From positions 5,280,001 through 5,344,000 of the forward strand of contig OZ244744.1 of the NCBI GenBank assembly GCA_965219455.1: DNA of 64,000 bases. Direction: 5' to 3'. The notes under the pieces are model-generated. The model was not told where the DNA came from and did not search any database. It was given only the letters and a program-made list of their open reading frames with translations. The position numbers were made by a program, and so were the translations under genes. Below, piece by piece: positions 20,801 through 30,914 of this stretch (the first letter of the stretch is position 1; each line of letters opens with the position of its first letter). Source of the stretch: Candidatus Latescibacterota bacterium. GTDB taxonomy: Bacteria; Latescibacterota; UBA2968; GCA-2709665.

Positions 20801-21937
20801 AAAGCCCGGATTGTACCACTCAATACGAACTTCGAGAAGGTCGAGGCGGATCTAAGCCTTGAAGAGAACCGAATCGTGCTGGAACGCCTCGAGTCCGGCA
20901 CGGAGAAGAGAAGGGTCAATCTCACCGGCGACGTGACGTTGGATCGACTTAACGTGGCAAACTATGATCTTTCCTTAAAAGCAAATGAGTTCGAGGCGAT
21001 CGACCGGTCTGAACTCAAGGCCACCATTCAAGCCGATCTTCGACTGAAGGGGGACCTCCGGGCAGGGCGAATGGATGGCAGGGTGGCGCTGTCCCGAGCC
21101 GTTATCAGGCTGTCGGATTTTGTCAAATATCCGAGGGAACTTGCCTGGATGACGTCTCCGTTCTTTGGGAATCTGAGCTGCGACGTTCGGGTGTCGGCTT
21201 CTCGCAACGTGTGGATCCGCGACAGGGATCTGAACGTCGAGATTTCCGGGGACGTCGATCTCGTGAAGGACGCTGCGGGACTCAGGGTTTACGGGTCTCT
21301 CGATAGCAGGCAGGGGCGGTACGAGTTTCAGAATACGAGTTTCGCGATCCACCGGGGAGAGATAAATTTCCGAGGAAGTACGGATATCAATCCGGATCTC
21401 TACATCGTTGCATCGCGCAGGGTCAGGCTCGTTACCAACGAAAACGCGACAGTCAGCATCGTTGTGGGTGGAACGCTTCTGAAGCCCCAGATTTCGTTGG
21501 AAAGCGATGCCGCGGAGCGACTGTCCGAAAGCGACATCCTGTCCTACCTGCTGATCGGAAGGCCGGCCGACGACGTTTCCGGGTTGATGCGTGGGGAAGG
21601 CGGCGCCGGGGGCCGGCTGGAAGGGCAGGCTGCGATCCTTGTACTGGGTGTGGCGGCAAACCAGTTGAAGCGTACGATCGGACAGCGGTTGAATCTGGAC
21701 GTCGTGGAGATCGACCTGGGCATGGGCAGCTCCGCAACCCGTGTGCGGGCAGGGAAATATTTCGGCTCCCGGTTTTTCGTCAGCTATGCGCAGGATGTTT
21801 CCGAGGCGCGGGGAAAGGAGGTCGTCGTGGAATACGAACTGTTGCCTCATGTTACCCTGGAAGCGCAGCAGAGGGAGGGAAACGAACGCGAACGCGATCG
21901 GAGTTCGTTCGGGATCTTCTGGAAGAAGGAATGGTGA
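17882..21937 (+). CDS. tamB: Translocation and assembly module TamB (DUF490)
   Basis: 1351 aa with N-terminal TM anchor and beta-rich body; C-terminus LSESDILSYLLIG...AGKY...SY. Confidence 0.85.
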   Translation: MMRGFAVANLTLMRRIFNIAALIAAGAIVATGIGLLALGSGRMNSYLKDYAQRRLTSDLNIAVEIGALHGNPLKGFRLERVRFGAEPEPLLTVDAVEARYRLTALLRGSVIVDKLVLAAPKVRLPEGLVAADSAVSLLPASDPAWWKEAPNWDIRIRHAEVVDGRIRAGEGGWVDSLDAVLGFQAGPAGYELALRRFRSLLFDPPLVIRDLSGLTLLSDGRLRLEGLRLQTPGSHVRIDGTLNGLSHPEYDFVLSADSLAFDEMERIFPGTWTYPQGSLVAGGRVWGDPSDVNLDLKFNYGTAACAVAGSVGFSQEEVTYDIQGTATGIDLARIGPQWGLDASFDAAVKLKGRGLDRQTADVSLGGAISASRLFGVAVDTANLEASLRGGRLLMNLSVEGEAGGLAATLNVDRMQAEPYYELRTRLAHINLTRVSRNLPGVVDLTGDISLRRSGDGLWRGEAGFDVLKFEGLPLATGLALRGSFRKGIVNLDSIGVRLSDGYGVVRGHGRMDLGQFWSPDERQPTYRAGLRVDGLALERLLGRPGILEDVSLQIGLDGAGFHPDSAKASADVIVEASRFLGGKLDSARATVVQRGRRTIVDRLFLSGTRTRVEGSGWFTPGDSLNLRATGQVIDFRALDGIVGPGLSGTQASFVARIHGTWTKHVSVVDLLADSVNYRGVPIHGVKIGMTGPQLPWGDVAVRADSLVWGGRSVHDLSVKLGLNRDGVSFVLGSRPDDIDHLHLAGRAGWANGGYNLKLDSLAVGIGGVSMSSEGATQMTYHPEEGVSVERFRLVGDGGAIQARGHSGQNGGVSVSLKGVDLKIWSGLLGMAGELRGMLTGRIAFFGTLDDPRVKTELVFRNGAVAGVSLKEVSGTLAYGNRRAAVDLKAVQSPGREAAAKGQFPLNPLSEGWDDLFPEGPVNLSLKSGGIDLNFLPEVLPAVQDAQGTLSADLTLKGTPQRLHQDGWIRLRDAKARIVPLNTNFEKVEADLSLEENRIVLERLESGTEKRRVNLTGDVTLDRLNVANYDLSLKANEFEAIDRSELKATIQADLRLKGDLRAGRMDGRVALSRAVIRLSDFVKYPRELAWMTSPFFGNLSCDVRVSASRNVWIRDRDLNVEISGDVDLVKDAAGLRVYGSLDSRQGRYEFQNTSFAIHRGEINFRGSTDINPDLYIVASRRVRLVTNENATVSIVVGGTLLKPQISLESDAAERLSESDILSYLLIGRPADDVSGLMRGEGGAGGRLEGQAAILVLGVAANQLKRTIGQRLNLDVVEIDLGMGSSATRVRAGKYFGSRFFVSYAQDVSEARGKEVVVEYELLPHVTLEAQQREGNERERDRSSFGIFWKKEW

Positions 21938-22160
21938 GTATTAAATAGCTGTTCTGGAAACTCCGGTATGTTCCCGAGCGCGAGCGAAAAAGAGTCGGGG
22001 AAGGCGGGCGAACCCGGCCCAATCTGAAGTTAGGGGCGGATTTGGCCTGCGCAGACCGGCCTGTCTGCAGCGCGGTGCGCCTGCCTTGCCTGCGGCCGCG
22101 GGCGGGCGCAAAGTCCGTTGGGGGTTTTAAGATAGCTTCCAAAAATGGAGGATTTGGCTC

Positions 22161-22958
22161 ATGGCTCTGGAAGAAGTCACGGAACAGTACGAAACACAGG
22201 GTTACTTTGTCGTGGATGACGCGGTTGATCCGGATATGCTGGAGCCGCTTCTCAACGCCACACGGCGCGTGAAGGCCAAAACGCGTTCCCGAGAGGTGGA
22301 CGTGTACACACACCGGACACCCGGTGGGGAGCCGTGGGCGATCAGGGGGTTGTTCGCACCGGAATTCAACGAACCTGTATTTGCAGAATACCTGATGTCC
22401 CAACCGGTGATGCGATACGTCGAACCGCTGCTGGGAAGCGACCTGTGTTTGGGCGGCGTCGTCATTTTCACAACGCCCGACGAGGTGGATTGGAGCGGAG
22501 GGTGGCACCGGGATTTCGGCGCCAATGAGCGGGACGGGTCCTATGACGTAGAATTGGAAATCCTCAACCGGCCGATGGTGTCATTAAAGTGGCACCTGGC
22601 GCTGGTTGACGACGGCTGCCTGCAGCTTGTGCCGGGCAGCCACAGACGGTACCGGACGGATGAGGAGCGGGAGTGTCTCTTGAAGAATCGGCACGCTGAC
22701 ATTTCGACACAGAAAGTGATCAACCTGAAGGCGGGTCAGACGATTTTCTGGAGCGGAAATGCGGTTCATCGCGGGATCTACAATACGGAGCCCGAGAGAT
22801 TGACACTTGCGGGGAGTTGGCACAAACATGTGGAAGGCGAAGAGCCACAGGGTACGGACGAACGAGTGAAATGGATGCTTGCGGAAAATGTGCGTGGATT
22901 CTTGCCGGATGAGATGCACCCGGCATACGATAGGTGGCGGGCGCTGCAGTTGGGCTGA
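22161..22958 (+). CDS. Phytanoyl-CoA dioxygenase (PhyH) family protein
   Basis: QGYFVV, WHRD (HxD), LVPGSH, VHRG. Confidence 0.85.
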   Translation: MALEEVTEQYETQGYFVVDDAVDPDMLEPLLNATRRVKAKTRSREVDVYTHRTPGGEPWAIRGLFAPEFNEPVFAEYLMSQPVMRYVEPLLGSDLCLGGVVIFTTPDEVDWSGGWHRDFGANERDGSYDVELEILNRPMVSLKWHLALVDDGCLQLVPGSHRRYRTDEERECLLKNRHADISTQKVINLKAGQTIFWSGNAVHRGIYNTEPERLTLAGSWHKHVEGEEPQGTDERVKWMLAENVRGFLPDEMHPAYDRWRALQLG

Positions 22959-23008
22959 GCACCGGCATCGTGCGTGAGGGATCCGAAACTGGATAAGGAG
23001 GTTATCAC

Positions 23009-23767
23009 ATGGCAATAACGGCTGATTTCGAGGCCTATCTGGCGGAAGATTGGTACGGACATCCGATGACGGTAGCGGCGTTGCTCGAGTGCGAAGCGGA
23101 AGCGGGGATCGATATGGCCGTGGTCATGCCGGACGCAAAGGTGGATCCGGATAACGACGGGTTGCTGGAACGGACCGCCGGGCATCTGAACCTGTTGCCG
23201 TGCGTGATGATGGATCCGCATATGGGGGCGTTGGGCGTTGCCCGGTTGAAGGAGTACGTGGCCCGGGGGGCGAGGGGTATGAAGCTGATGGGCGCGATCC
23301 ACAAGTTCGAGGTGGACGATCCGATGGTTTTTCCGTTTGTCGACGCTGCGCAGGAGTTGGGCATCGTCGTTTCGATTCATACGGGCGTGGAGAATTGCAG
23401 CGCGGATCGCGCCGCCGCTATCGCAGGGCGCATTCCCGAAGCGACGGTTATCCTGGACCATATGGGTTTTCCGGACCATTTCGACGAGGCAATGGCGGTG
23501 TGCATGCGTCACCAGAACGTATACATGGGCACGACCATTTTGCGTTTCCACAAACGGTGGGCGGATAACCCGGAGGAGGCCGTCGCGGTGGAAGTCAGGA
23601 CGGCGGTGGAGAAGCTGGGGCCGGAGCGGGTCGTCTTCGGTTCCAACCTGCCGGAATATCGGCCCATCCAGGTGAAGCGGGCCATCCAGCGGCTGGAGTT
23701 GGGGAGGGAAGCGGAGCGGCTGATTTTTGGAGAGAACCTGGCGAGAATCTACGGGATCTCGGATTAA
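23009..23767 (+). CDS. Amidohydrolase_2 family protein
   Basis: GARGMKL, SIHTG, ILDHMG, VFGSNLP. N-terminal HxH is replaced by DFEAY. Confidence 0.75.
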   Translation: MAITADFEAYLAEDWYGHPMTVAALLECEAEAGIDMAVVMPDAKVDPDNDGLLERTAGHLNLLPCVMMDPHMGALGVARLKEYVARGARGMKLMGAIHKFEVDDPMVFPFVDAAQELGIVVSIHTGVENCSADRAAAIAGRIPEATVILDHMGFPDHFDEAMAVCMRHQNVYMGTTILRFHKRWADNPEEAVAVEVRTAVEKLGPERVVFGSNLPEYRPIQVKRAIQRLELGREAERLIFGENLARIYGISD

Positions 23768-23879
23768 GTTACCATGCGGCGGGGGATGAATTCCGGCGAC
23801 GGAATTCGATGCGCTGCAACGCCCGGTCCCGTCAACCGGATGACCGGATGTTACGCAATATGCACCGGGAAAGAGGCAG

Positions 23880-24644
23880 CTATTTCTCCGCGGACAGAAA
23901 AGCATATTGCAGGGCGCTGAAGTGGACGTCCGGTGCCGCGAGGGTGGGTTCCGGCGCCTCCTTTACCCTGAATAATTCCTCAAAGTCCACCGTCTTTCCG
24001 GAAAGGTACCGCAGGCGAACACCCAGCACCTTCAAGATGGCTGCGCCCGCGGCATAGTCCCATATCGACGCGTGGTCGAATGCGCCCACCGCGGAGCCCC
24101 TGGCAACGTAGCAGAGATGTGCGGCGGCGGATCCGAGGCTGAGGGTTTTCCCAGGATAGTCGATCCTGAGATGCTTGAATGCGCCTTCGCTGACCAGCAG
24201 GATGGCGTTGGCATCCAGGACTGGCGCGGCGGGTGCGAGCGGACGGCCGTTGTGGTAAGCGGTGATGCCGTCGGAGTAATAAATGTCTCCCAGTACAGGA
24301 AGAATGAAGGCGCCCATGGATGGCTCGCCGTTTTCAAACATGCCGATGGAGACGCCCCAGACGGGCAGGCCGTGGTTGAATGCCCGCGTTCCGTCGACCG
24401 GATCGATCGCCCACACGACAGGTGAATTCGGGGGTGGATCGACGCCCTCTTCGCCGAGTACGGCATCGTTCGGACGCGCGGCATCGAGTTCTTTCCTGAG
24501 ATAGGCTTCAACGTCCAGATCCGCCTGGGTCACCCAGGAATTGTCGGGCTTTAGCGTTCCTTCCGTCCTGCCGAAGTGGGAAAGGGCGATTTCTCCGGCT
24601 TTTTCGGTGATGTCGAGGATCCAATGGATGTCGATCGGCGTCAC
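23880..24644 (-). CDS. Inositol monophosphatase family protein
   Basis: VTQADL, LGEE, WAIDPVDGT, IWDYAAG. Confidence 0.9.
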   Translation of the reverse strand: MTPIDIHWILDITEKAGEIALSHFGRTEGTLKPDNSWVTQADLDVEAYLRKELDAARPNDAVLGEEGVDPPPNSPVVWAIDPVDGTRAFNHGLPVWGVSIGMFENGEPSMGAFILPVLGDIYYSDGITAYHNGRPLAPAAPVLDANAILLVSEGAFKHLRIDYPGKTLSLGSAAAHLCYVARGSAVGAFDHASIWDYAAGAAILKVLGVRLRYLSGKTVDFEELFRVKEAPEPTLAAPDVHFSALQYAFLSAEK

Positions 24645-24725
24645 GGTGCCTCCAAAACGATAGACGGGGTTTGCCGGACGGATTTAAGATATATAAAAAC
24701 GAAACGGAATTCAACGGGCTGCTAA

Positions 24726-24885
24726 CAGTCCGTTGGAAAAGTTGCTCTGCAGGCGAGGCCGAGCCATTGTGACCGAAGACAAGGCGCGCGACCGAGTCGA
24801 ATCGGAGGATTCGGAGAGGGAGCGCAACGCAGTAATTCGGCCACAAGAGCCGGCCGCAGCCCGGATGGACTTTTTCAATGGGCTG
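24726..24885. mobile_element. 160-bp MITE, copy 1
   Basis: TIRs CAGTCCGTTGGAAAAGT / ACTTTTTCAATGGGCTG flanked by CTAA on both sides; inverted homolog at 51096-51255. Confidence 0.85.
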
Positions 24886-25093
24886 CTAAGGGCCGGGTCA
24901 ATGGGAATTGCATTTGCAGGAGGGAGGTGCTATCTTCAAGAATTCGTGTCTTGACTGTCCAATCCGATGGCGCTTCCGGACCCTCTCGAACGTCTGCGTC
25001 CGATCCAGGCAGACATCGTCCCTCCATCCGGGGCGCACGAAAATTCGGTCTTGTTTTTCACGTTCAATCAGAGCCGGAGGATTTGCCCGCGCC

Positions 25094-25846
25094 ATGCTGA
25101 AGAAGCAGATATTCCTGACCGGTGCAGCCGGGTCGATCGGTACGAGTATCCGGTCCCGGCTGAGGGCGCGATACGATTTTCGGCTCCTGCTGCACTCGAG
25201 GGTGCCGGATGACGTGCATCTGGACGACCAGGTCGTCGTCGCCAATGTGGCGGATGGTGCGGCAATGGTCGAAGCCGCGTGCGGCGTCGACGTCATCGTA
25301 CACCTGGCGATCCGGCGCTGGAGCGGGATGACGGCCGACGATGTGGCCAGGGCAACCCTGGAAGTCGATAATCCGGGCGTGTATAATATTCTCGAGGCTG
25401 CTCGAATAAATAACGTGCCCACGGTAGTTTTCGCAAGTACCAATCATGTCACGGGTTTATATGAGAAGGAAGGGCTTGTTTCCACCCCGGAGAGCCCTGT
25501 GCGGCCGGATGGCGTTTACGGTGCGGGAAAGGCCTTCGGCGAAGCACTTGGCAGATTTTATTCGGAACGGCACGGAATCCGCGTGATCTGTCTGCGTGTG
25601 GCGAATTACAACGACAAAGACACGCCGCAACAGCGGTATGAGCCCGGGTATTCCCGCTGGCTGAGCCCGAGGGACCTGGCGCAACTGGTCTGGAGGTCCA
25701 TCGAAGCGGAACACGTGAAGTTCGGGATTTTTTACGGTGTGTCGGGTGGCAGCGAGAAGAAATGGGACATGTCCAACGCACGGGAGATGCTGGGGTACAT
25801 CCCGGAAGACGACGGATCGCTGCCTGAATATGGTTGTAAAGCGTAG
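25094..25846 (+). CDS. NAD-dependent epimerase/dehydratase (uronate dehydrogenase-like)
   Basis: TGAAGSIG, FASTNHVTG, RPDGVYGAGK, WLSPRD. Confidence 0.85.
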   Translation: MLKKQIFLTGAAGSIGTSIRSRLRARYDFRLLLHSRVPDDVHLDDQVVVANVADGAAMVEAACGVDVIVHLAIRRWSGMTADDVARATLEVDNPGVYNILEAARINNVPTVVFASTNHVTGLYEKEGLVSTPESPVRPDGVYGAGKAFGEALGRFYSERHGIRVICLRVANYNDKDTPQQRYEPGYSRWLSPRDLAQLVWRSIEAEHVKFGIFYGVSGGSEKKWDMSNAREMLGYIPEDDGSLPEYGCKA

Positions 25847-25899
25847 CAGCCGCGCGAAGACCGCTGGGGGTTTTATAACAGCTTCCAAGGGAGGATGGA

Positions 25900-26625
25900 A
25901 TGATCCGGGAGGGAATGCGAGTCCTGGTGTTCAGCGCCCATGCCGCGGATTTCTGTTCGCGCGCAGGGGGGGCGATCATTCGATTCGTAAAGGCGGGCGG
26001 TACAGTACACGTCCATAACCTGACGTACGGTGAACGCTGCGAGTCTCCGGCTCTGTGGGTGCAAGACCCCGATCGCACCCTGGAGGATGTCAAGGCGAGG
26101 CGCAAGGAGGAATTCGAGGCCGCCGCAAAGATCCTGGGTGCGAGCATCGATTGTTTCGATTTCGGAGACAGTCCGCTGGTGGTCGGACCCGACCGCCGGC
26201 TGCAACTGCTGGCGGCGATTCGGCGGTTCCAACCGGATCTGGTGCTGAGTCACTGGGTTAACGATGTGATGCATCCGGACCACGTGGAGACCACGCAGGC
26301 CGCGTTGTGGGCATGTTCTTATTGCAATTCAGGGGGAATCAAGACCGCCGATGCCCCGTGTCGGCGACCGCTCATCGTCTGCTATGAAACCACGATGGGG
26401 ACGTCGCCGGTTTCGGGATTCGTTCCCGATTTGTACGTGGATATTTCATCGGTGTTCGAACAGAAGATCCAGGCTCTGAAGAAGCTGGCGGCGCAGCCCC
26501 CTTTGCCGGAAGTTTATACGGTCTTGAATCGATACCGCGCCATCGAGGCGCAGCATATGGCCGGGATGAGCGATTGCCGGTATGCGGAGGGTTTTGCGAG
26601 GATCGGCAAGGAGCCGGTGGACTAA
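25900..26625 (+). CDS. PIG-L family protein, GalB (4-oxalomesaconate hydratase)-like
   Basis: FSAHAADF..RAGG, TYGERCES, HPDH, YAEGF. Confidence 0.75.
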   Translation: MIREGMRVLVFSAHAADFCSRAGGAIIRFVKAGGTVHVHNLTYGERCESPALWVQDPDRTLEDVKARRKEEFEAAAKILGASIDCFDFGDSPLVVGPDRRLQLLAAIRRFQPDLVLSHWVNDVMHPDHVETTQAALWACSYCNSGGIKTADAPCRRPLIVCYETTMGTSPVSGFVPDLYVDISSVFEQKIQALKKLAAQPPLPEVYTVLNRYRAIEAQHMAGMSDCRYAEGFARIGKEPVD

Positions 26626-26643
26626 CTCGAGAGGAGAACCATA

Positions 26644-27429
26644 GTGAAACCATCATGGATGACCTATGGGGTTCTGAAGGATCTTTCACGCCAGGACTTG
26701 CTGCAGACGCTGACAGACCACGGGTTCGAGGGCGTCGAGTTTCGGACGGACCTGGGTCACGGGCACGGCGTGGAGGCGTCAATCAATGGCGCTGAACGCC
26801 AGCAGGTGGTGGCCGACTGCCGGAACGCCGGCATTGAAATTATCAGCATCGCCACCGGAAACCGGTATCACGATACGGATGCGTCAGACCTTCGAGATCA
26901 CATCGAGCAGACTAAAGTACGGATGGATCTGGCAGCCGACCTGGGGGCGCCCAGAGTTCGTGTATTTGGAAACAACTTCCCAAAAGACGTGCCGAGAGAG
27001 AAAACGATCGCTCAGGTGGCGGAGGCGCTGAACGAACTCTGTGCTTACGGTTCCGGGAAGGGTGTCAAGCCCTGCCTGGAACTGCACGGCGAGTTCGACT
27101 GGCAATCGTGCCGGTCGGTGGCCGAGCAGGTGGATCATGAGAATTTGGGCCTGATCTGGAATTCGGTGCCGCAGGACGTGGTTGACGGGTCCGTTGAGGT
27201 GGCGCTCGACACGGTCTGGCCCTGGCTGGACCACGTTCATTTGCACGACCTGGCAGGGCAGGGATATCCGTATCGGGAGTTGTTCCGATTGCTTCACCAG
27301 AAAGAATACGGGGGGTATATGTCAGCTGAAGCGGAGCGAAGCCCCGATCGGGGGGTGGGGGATCTGTGGATGTTCGCGGCGTATTACGCGGATCTCTTCA
27401 GGGCCTATCGGGACCTCGCGCGGGGCTGA
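26644..27429 (+). CDS. Sugar phosphate isomerase/epimerase TIM barrel
   Basis: GFEGVEFR, RVRVFG, LELHG, HVHLHD. Confidence 0.85.
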   Translation: MKPSWMTYGVLKDLSRQDLLQTLTDHGFEGVEFRTDLGHGHGVEASINGAERQQVVADCRNAGIEIISIATGNRYHDTDASDLRDHIEQTKVRMDLAADLGAPRVRVFGNNFPKDVPREKTIAQVAEALNELCAYGSGKGVKPCLELHGEFDWQSCRSVAEQVDHENLGLIWNSVPQDVVDGSVEVALDTVWPWLDHVHLHDLAGQGYPYRELFRLLHQKEYGGYMSAEAERSPDRGVGDLWMFAAYYADLFRAYRDLARG

Positions 27430-27468
27430 GACGGGCTGGCTCGACGCCGGATGGCCGGTCCCTGCAAT

Positions 27469-27565
27469 CCTTTCACGATTGAATGAACAAAGCCTGGTAT
27501 GTTGTTGCGTATCAGGCTTTTTTCGTTTCGTTATCCCATCGACGACGGCGGTCGCGTTCAATCCT
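27469..27565 (+). repeat. ~95-bp direct repeat R, copy 1 (contains a terminator-like hairpin)
   Basis: CCTTTCACGATTGAATGAA..AAAGCCTGG..TATCAGGCTTTTT..CCCATCGACGACGGC; second copy at 29364-29457. Confidence 0.85.
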
Positions 27566-27745
27566 CCGCTATCGAGACATTTATCCTTACCGAATAATGA
27601 TATGATAGGCGATTATATTTGTAGGGGCTTCGGCCGACCCTGCCTCCTGCGAGTTCCACGATGCGGTCGGGCGGGGCAACCAACCGGATGGATTCAACGG
27701 CAATTTCGGTGCGTGTATGATTCTTCGATAATTTTCAGGTCGCAA

Positions 27746-27773
27746 TTGACTTTCCGCCGTGATCCCGTATTTT
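27746..27773 (+). promoter_or_regulatory. Putative rpn promoter (conserved upstream of copy 2)
   Basis: TTGACT-16-TATTTT. The ~95-bp leader is nearly identical upstream of 48216. Confidence 0.5.
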
Positions 27774-27821
27774 GTTTATACGGAGCCGCCCCCTCTCTCC
27801 CAAGGCCGCAGGGCATCTTGC

Positions 27822-28811
27822 ATGGCAGAATTCGATGCGATCTCCAAACACCTGATTCAATCCTATCCCGACGACTTTGCCGGCTTCGCCCTCGGCCGCG
27901 AGGACGTTGAGGTCCTTGAAGTCATTGACACCGAACAGCCCACGGTCTCAGCACGCCACGCGGACAGTCTCATTCGAGTCCGCATCGATGGCCGGGAAGC
28001 ATTGGTCCACAACGAATTTCAGACGACCGACAGCACCAACCCGCCCATGCCGCGACGCATGGCGGGTTATATCGGGCGCGCCATTGAACGTCATGGCGTG
28101 TCTGTCTACTCCAGCGTCATCTACCTGCGCCCGGACGCGGGCCAACGAGACCCGGGACAGTATTTGCAGGCGCATCCAGGTCACCGGGTGCTTGTGCAGT
28201 ACAGGGTGATTCGGCTGAGTGAACTGGATGGTCAGGGCATTCTCGATGCGGGACACGAGGGGCTGATCGCCTTTGCGCCGTTGATGAAGCCGCCCGCCGG
28301 GATGGCTTCACAGGCCTGGTTGCGCCACTGTATCCACACGGCTCACGCGCGGCCAATGGCTGCGTCGAAAAAAGCCGATTACCTGGCCGGCATGTCTCTG
28401 CTAAGTGGGTTGGCGTACGCGCCGGAGACCATTTCTGACATTGTCTCAAAGGAGGGTATTATGGACCTCATACGTGAATCATCCTTTGCCCAATACCTCA
28501 CCCGACAGGGCATCGAGCAAGGGATTGAGCAGGGCATCGAACAGGGCATTGAGCAGGGCATCGAACAGGGCATTGAGCGAGGCATTGAGCAGGGGATCAA
28601 GCAGGGCATCGAGCAAGGCATTGAGCAGGGGCTCCGGGATAGCATCCTGGCTGTTTTGGCAATTCGATTCGATCTCCCCGCGTCGCATCCTCTGGCCGCT
28701 TGCATTGCGACGATCGACGACGTCCAGCGCCTCAAGCAGTTGCACCGCGCGGCGGTCCAGGTGTCCAGTCTCGACGCATTCGGTCAACGGTTGGATGAAG
28801 AACAGAATTGA
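27822..28811 (+). CDS. Rpn/YhgA-like PD-(D/E)XK nuclease (putative transposase family), copy 1
   Basis: ADSL...HNEFQT...MPRRM..Y; C-terminal (QGIE)10 repeat, RF...LKQL tail. Confidence 0.85.
   Translation: MAEFDAISKHLIQSYPDDFAGFALGREDVEVLEVIDTEQPTVSARHADSLIRVRIDGREALVHNEFQTTDSTNPPMPRRMAGYIGRAIERHGVSVYSSVIYLRPDAGQRDPGQYLQAHPGHRVLVQYRVIRLSELDGQGILDAGHEGLIAFAPLMKPPAGMASQAWLRHCIHTAHARPMAASKKADYLAGMSLLSGLAYAPETISDIVSKEGIMDLIRESSFAQYLTRQGIEQGIEQGIEQGIEQGIEQGIERGIEQGIKQGIEQGIEQGLRDSILAVLAIRFDLPASHPLAACIATIDDVQRLKQLHRAAVQVSSLDAFGQRLDEEQN
28461..28811 (+). CDS. Putative internally initiated small Rpn (RpnS-like)
   Basis: AAGGAGG followed by an in-frame ATG at 28461; conserved in the other two copies. 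Confidence 0.55.
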   Translation: MDLIRESSFAQYLTRQGIEQGIEQGIEQGIEQGIEQGIERGIEQGIKQGIEQGIEQGLRDSILAVLAIRFDLPASHPLAACIATIDDVQRLKQLHRAAVQVSSLDAFGQRLDEEQN

Positions 28812-28845
28812 AGTCCATTGTCTGAATACCCTTCGCAGGAATGAG

Positions 28846-28886
28846 AAAACAGGACAACGCACCCTGGAGGTGTGTTGTCCTGTTTT
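28846..28886. terminator. Terminator downstream of rpn copy 1
   Basis: AAAACAGGACAAC...GTTGTCCTGTTTT. Confidence 0.7.
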
Positions 28887-29363
28887 GAGTTTGATATCGG
28901 AGGGTTTTCAGGATCTGAGTGTTTCGATCCGGATTTGCCGTAACCCGTCGATCGACCTATCCGTCTTGCAGGTGTACGAGGCAATTTCTCTGAAAAAACT
29001 CAACGTCTTTTCCTGTTGATGCCTTTCGCGTATCTTGTCAATGACCTGCGAGAAGAATCCGGTGTGGGGAGCTGGACGTACTGTGCGGCAGGGCCTGGCC
29101 AAATTACAGACGCTCGGCCATCATCCGACGCGAGCAGGAGATGCTTCGTCAGCCTGACGGCTTCCTCAGCATGAAAGTCCGGACGTACGATGAACGAGCC
29201 GTCTCTTCCTGTCGCGATGACTTCCCCCAGGTCTTATACCAAAATCACATCAACTACAGTCTTTTCATGGGGTTAAATCACAGTCCATCCCGATAATCAT
29301 AGTCAATCACAGTCCGATACGTGAATAGAACTCTTCCACGCTGGATGGTCGGTTCCCACCGTC

Positions 29364-29457
29364 CTTTCACGATTGAATGAATAAAGCCTGGTTCGTGGTT
29401 GCATATCAGGCTTTTTCGACTCGTTAACCCATCGACGACGGCCGCATCGTTCAGTCC
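29364..29457 (+). repeat. Direct repeat R, copy 2
   Basis: Homologous to 27469-27565. Confidence 0.85.
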
Positions 29458-30914
29458 ACGGTTCTGGCGGCGACAACCGAGATCAGCGCGGTATTGTATT
29501 CATCGTCGAGAACCGAACTTCCCACAATCACTATCACCCAGTATTGATATTGCGGAATATTCCCCAGACCGGATTGTAAATGGCGATTTGTCGCTCTCTT
29601 TCTTGTTGTTCCTTTAATCGTCGAACGAAGCTCTTTCTTGCCTGCCTCGCAGTGACCGTCCGTAGGTCAGCCACGATTGGTTCTTTTCGATCATTATTCA
29701 TGAGTACCCGTAGATCGAAGTTAAAGCTCTGACCGGGCGTTCTGGATCGCTTTTAGTTCAGCGTCGGAGATGCTCCAGACTTCGGCCGCTGCTTTGTCAA
29801 CCTGAGCCTCCAACGCCGTGAGCTGAGACTTATTTTTTGCTCCAACATGGCATTGGCGCGAGAGATTGGCTAGACGCTCGTGGACACTGTCGGTCGTTTT
29901 GTACCGAGGAACGGCTATGTTCTTCATAATATGAGGAGATGGATGTAGAACAATATAGGCTGCAACGGCCACAAAGGCAGGTGACGAATTGAGCATACCG
30001 GCGATGAAATATGCCTCTCTCTCGGAACCACAAGAAACAGCCACGACAGAATGACTCGGCAACGAAGGCTTCACCTTCTCGATCCTTGAGGGTCCGACCA
30101 CACTGGCACGGACAGAGTGCCCCACCTCCGGCCATAAAACCTTCCAATTCGCCATCGTGTAAGGCCCAACACCAAACATCGTATAAAAAGGTGCGCCCTT
30201 ATCAATCGGACCTCGCACGGCGTGTGTCGCACGACCACGTAATGTTCCCCGCGCAGGTCTTTGGGTATTGCCCTCAAACTGCTTCAGGTATCCGTACGTC
30301 TTAGGCCACCGTAATTTCATCACGGCTTCAGGAATACCCTTTCTTGTTTCTGGATCTTGGGCTAAGATAATGTACGCTGAAGGTTCGGCGGACCAGCGTT
30401 GAACATTGCGGCCTCGCAGCATCGGATACACTAAGTCTGGCTCGATAACGGCTTGTACGTGATTGACTTTTATCTTTCCGACGTCGTGCATATTCTCAAT
30501 CAGCAGTTCTCCATTCGGCCGTTTTTTTAGGATTCGAATCCAGTAGCATCCGTTCAGGCCACCTGTGTTTACGCCTTCGTAGGCCCTGTAATCGCTTTCT
30601 CCGATCACTTTCCGAATGCCGGGAAGTGCCTGCTTTGGTGCAGTAAGCCAAGGGGAAGAGTCTTTGGAAGCGACAACCGGAAGGGCTTCCATTTTGCATT
30701 GAGCAGTATCGGTTCGGACATTCGTTAGAGACTCGTCTTGGGCAATCCGAGAAGGTCCCATCCAAGTTGTGTACTTCACCGGATATTTGAACGGCAAGAT
30801 CGTCTTCACACACACAAAGACTGCGGTTCGGTTCGTTGCGCCTTCAAAAACCTGCATAGCACTTAGGTCGTGAACCATGAGAGGTTTGAGATACCATTGG
30901 TGAGTCTCATCTAG

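Noticed and set aside
24733-24954. Small ORFs over the MITE
   Set aside because: By-products of the element sequence.
28506-28631. Short tandem repeats as a CRISPR array
   Set aside because: Contiguous 12-bp coding repeats with no spacers and no cas genes.
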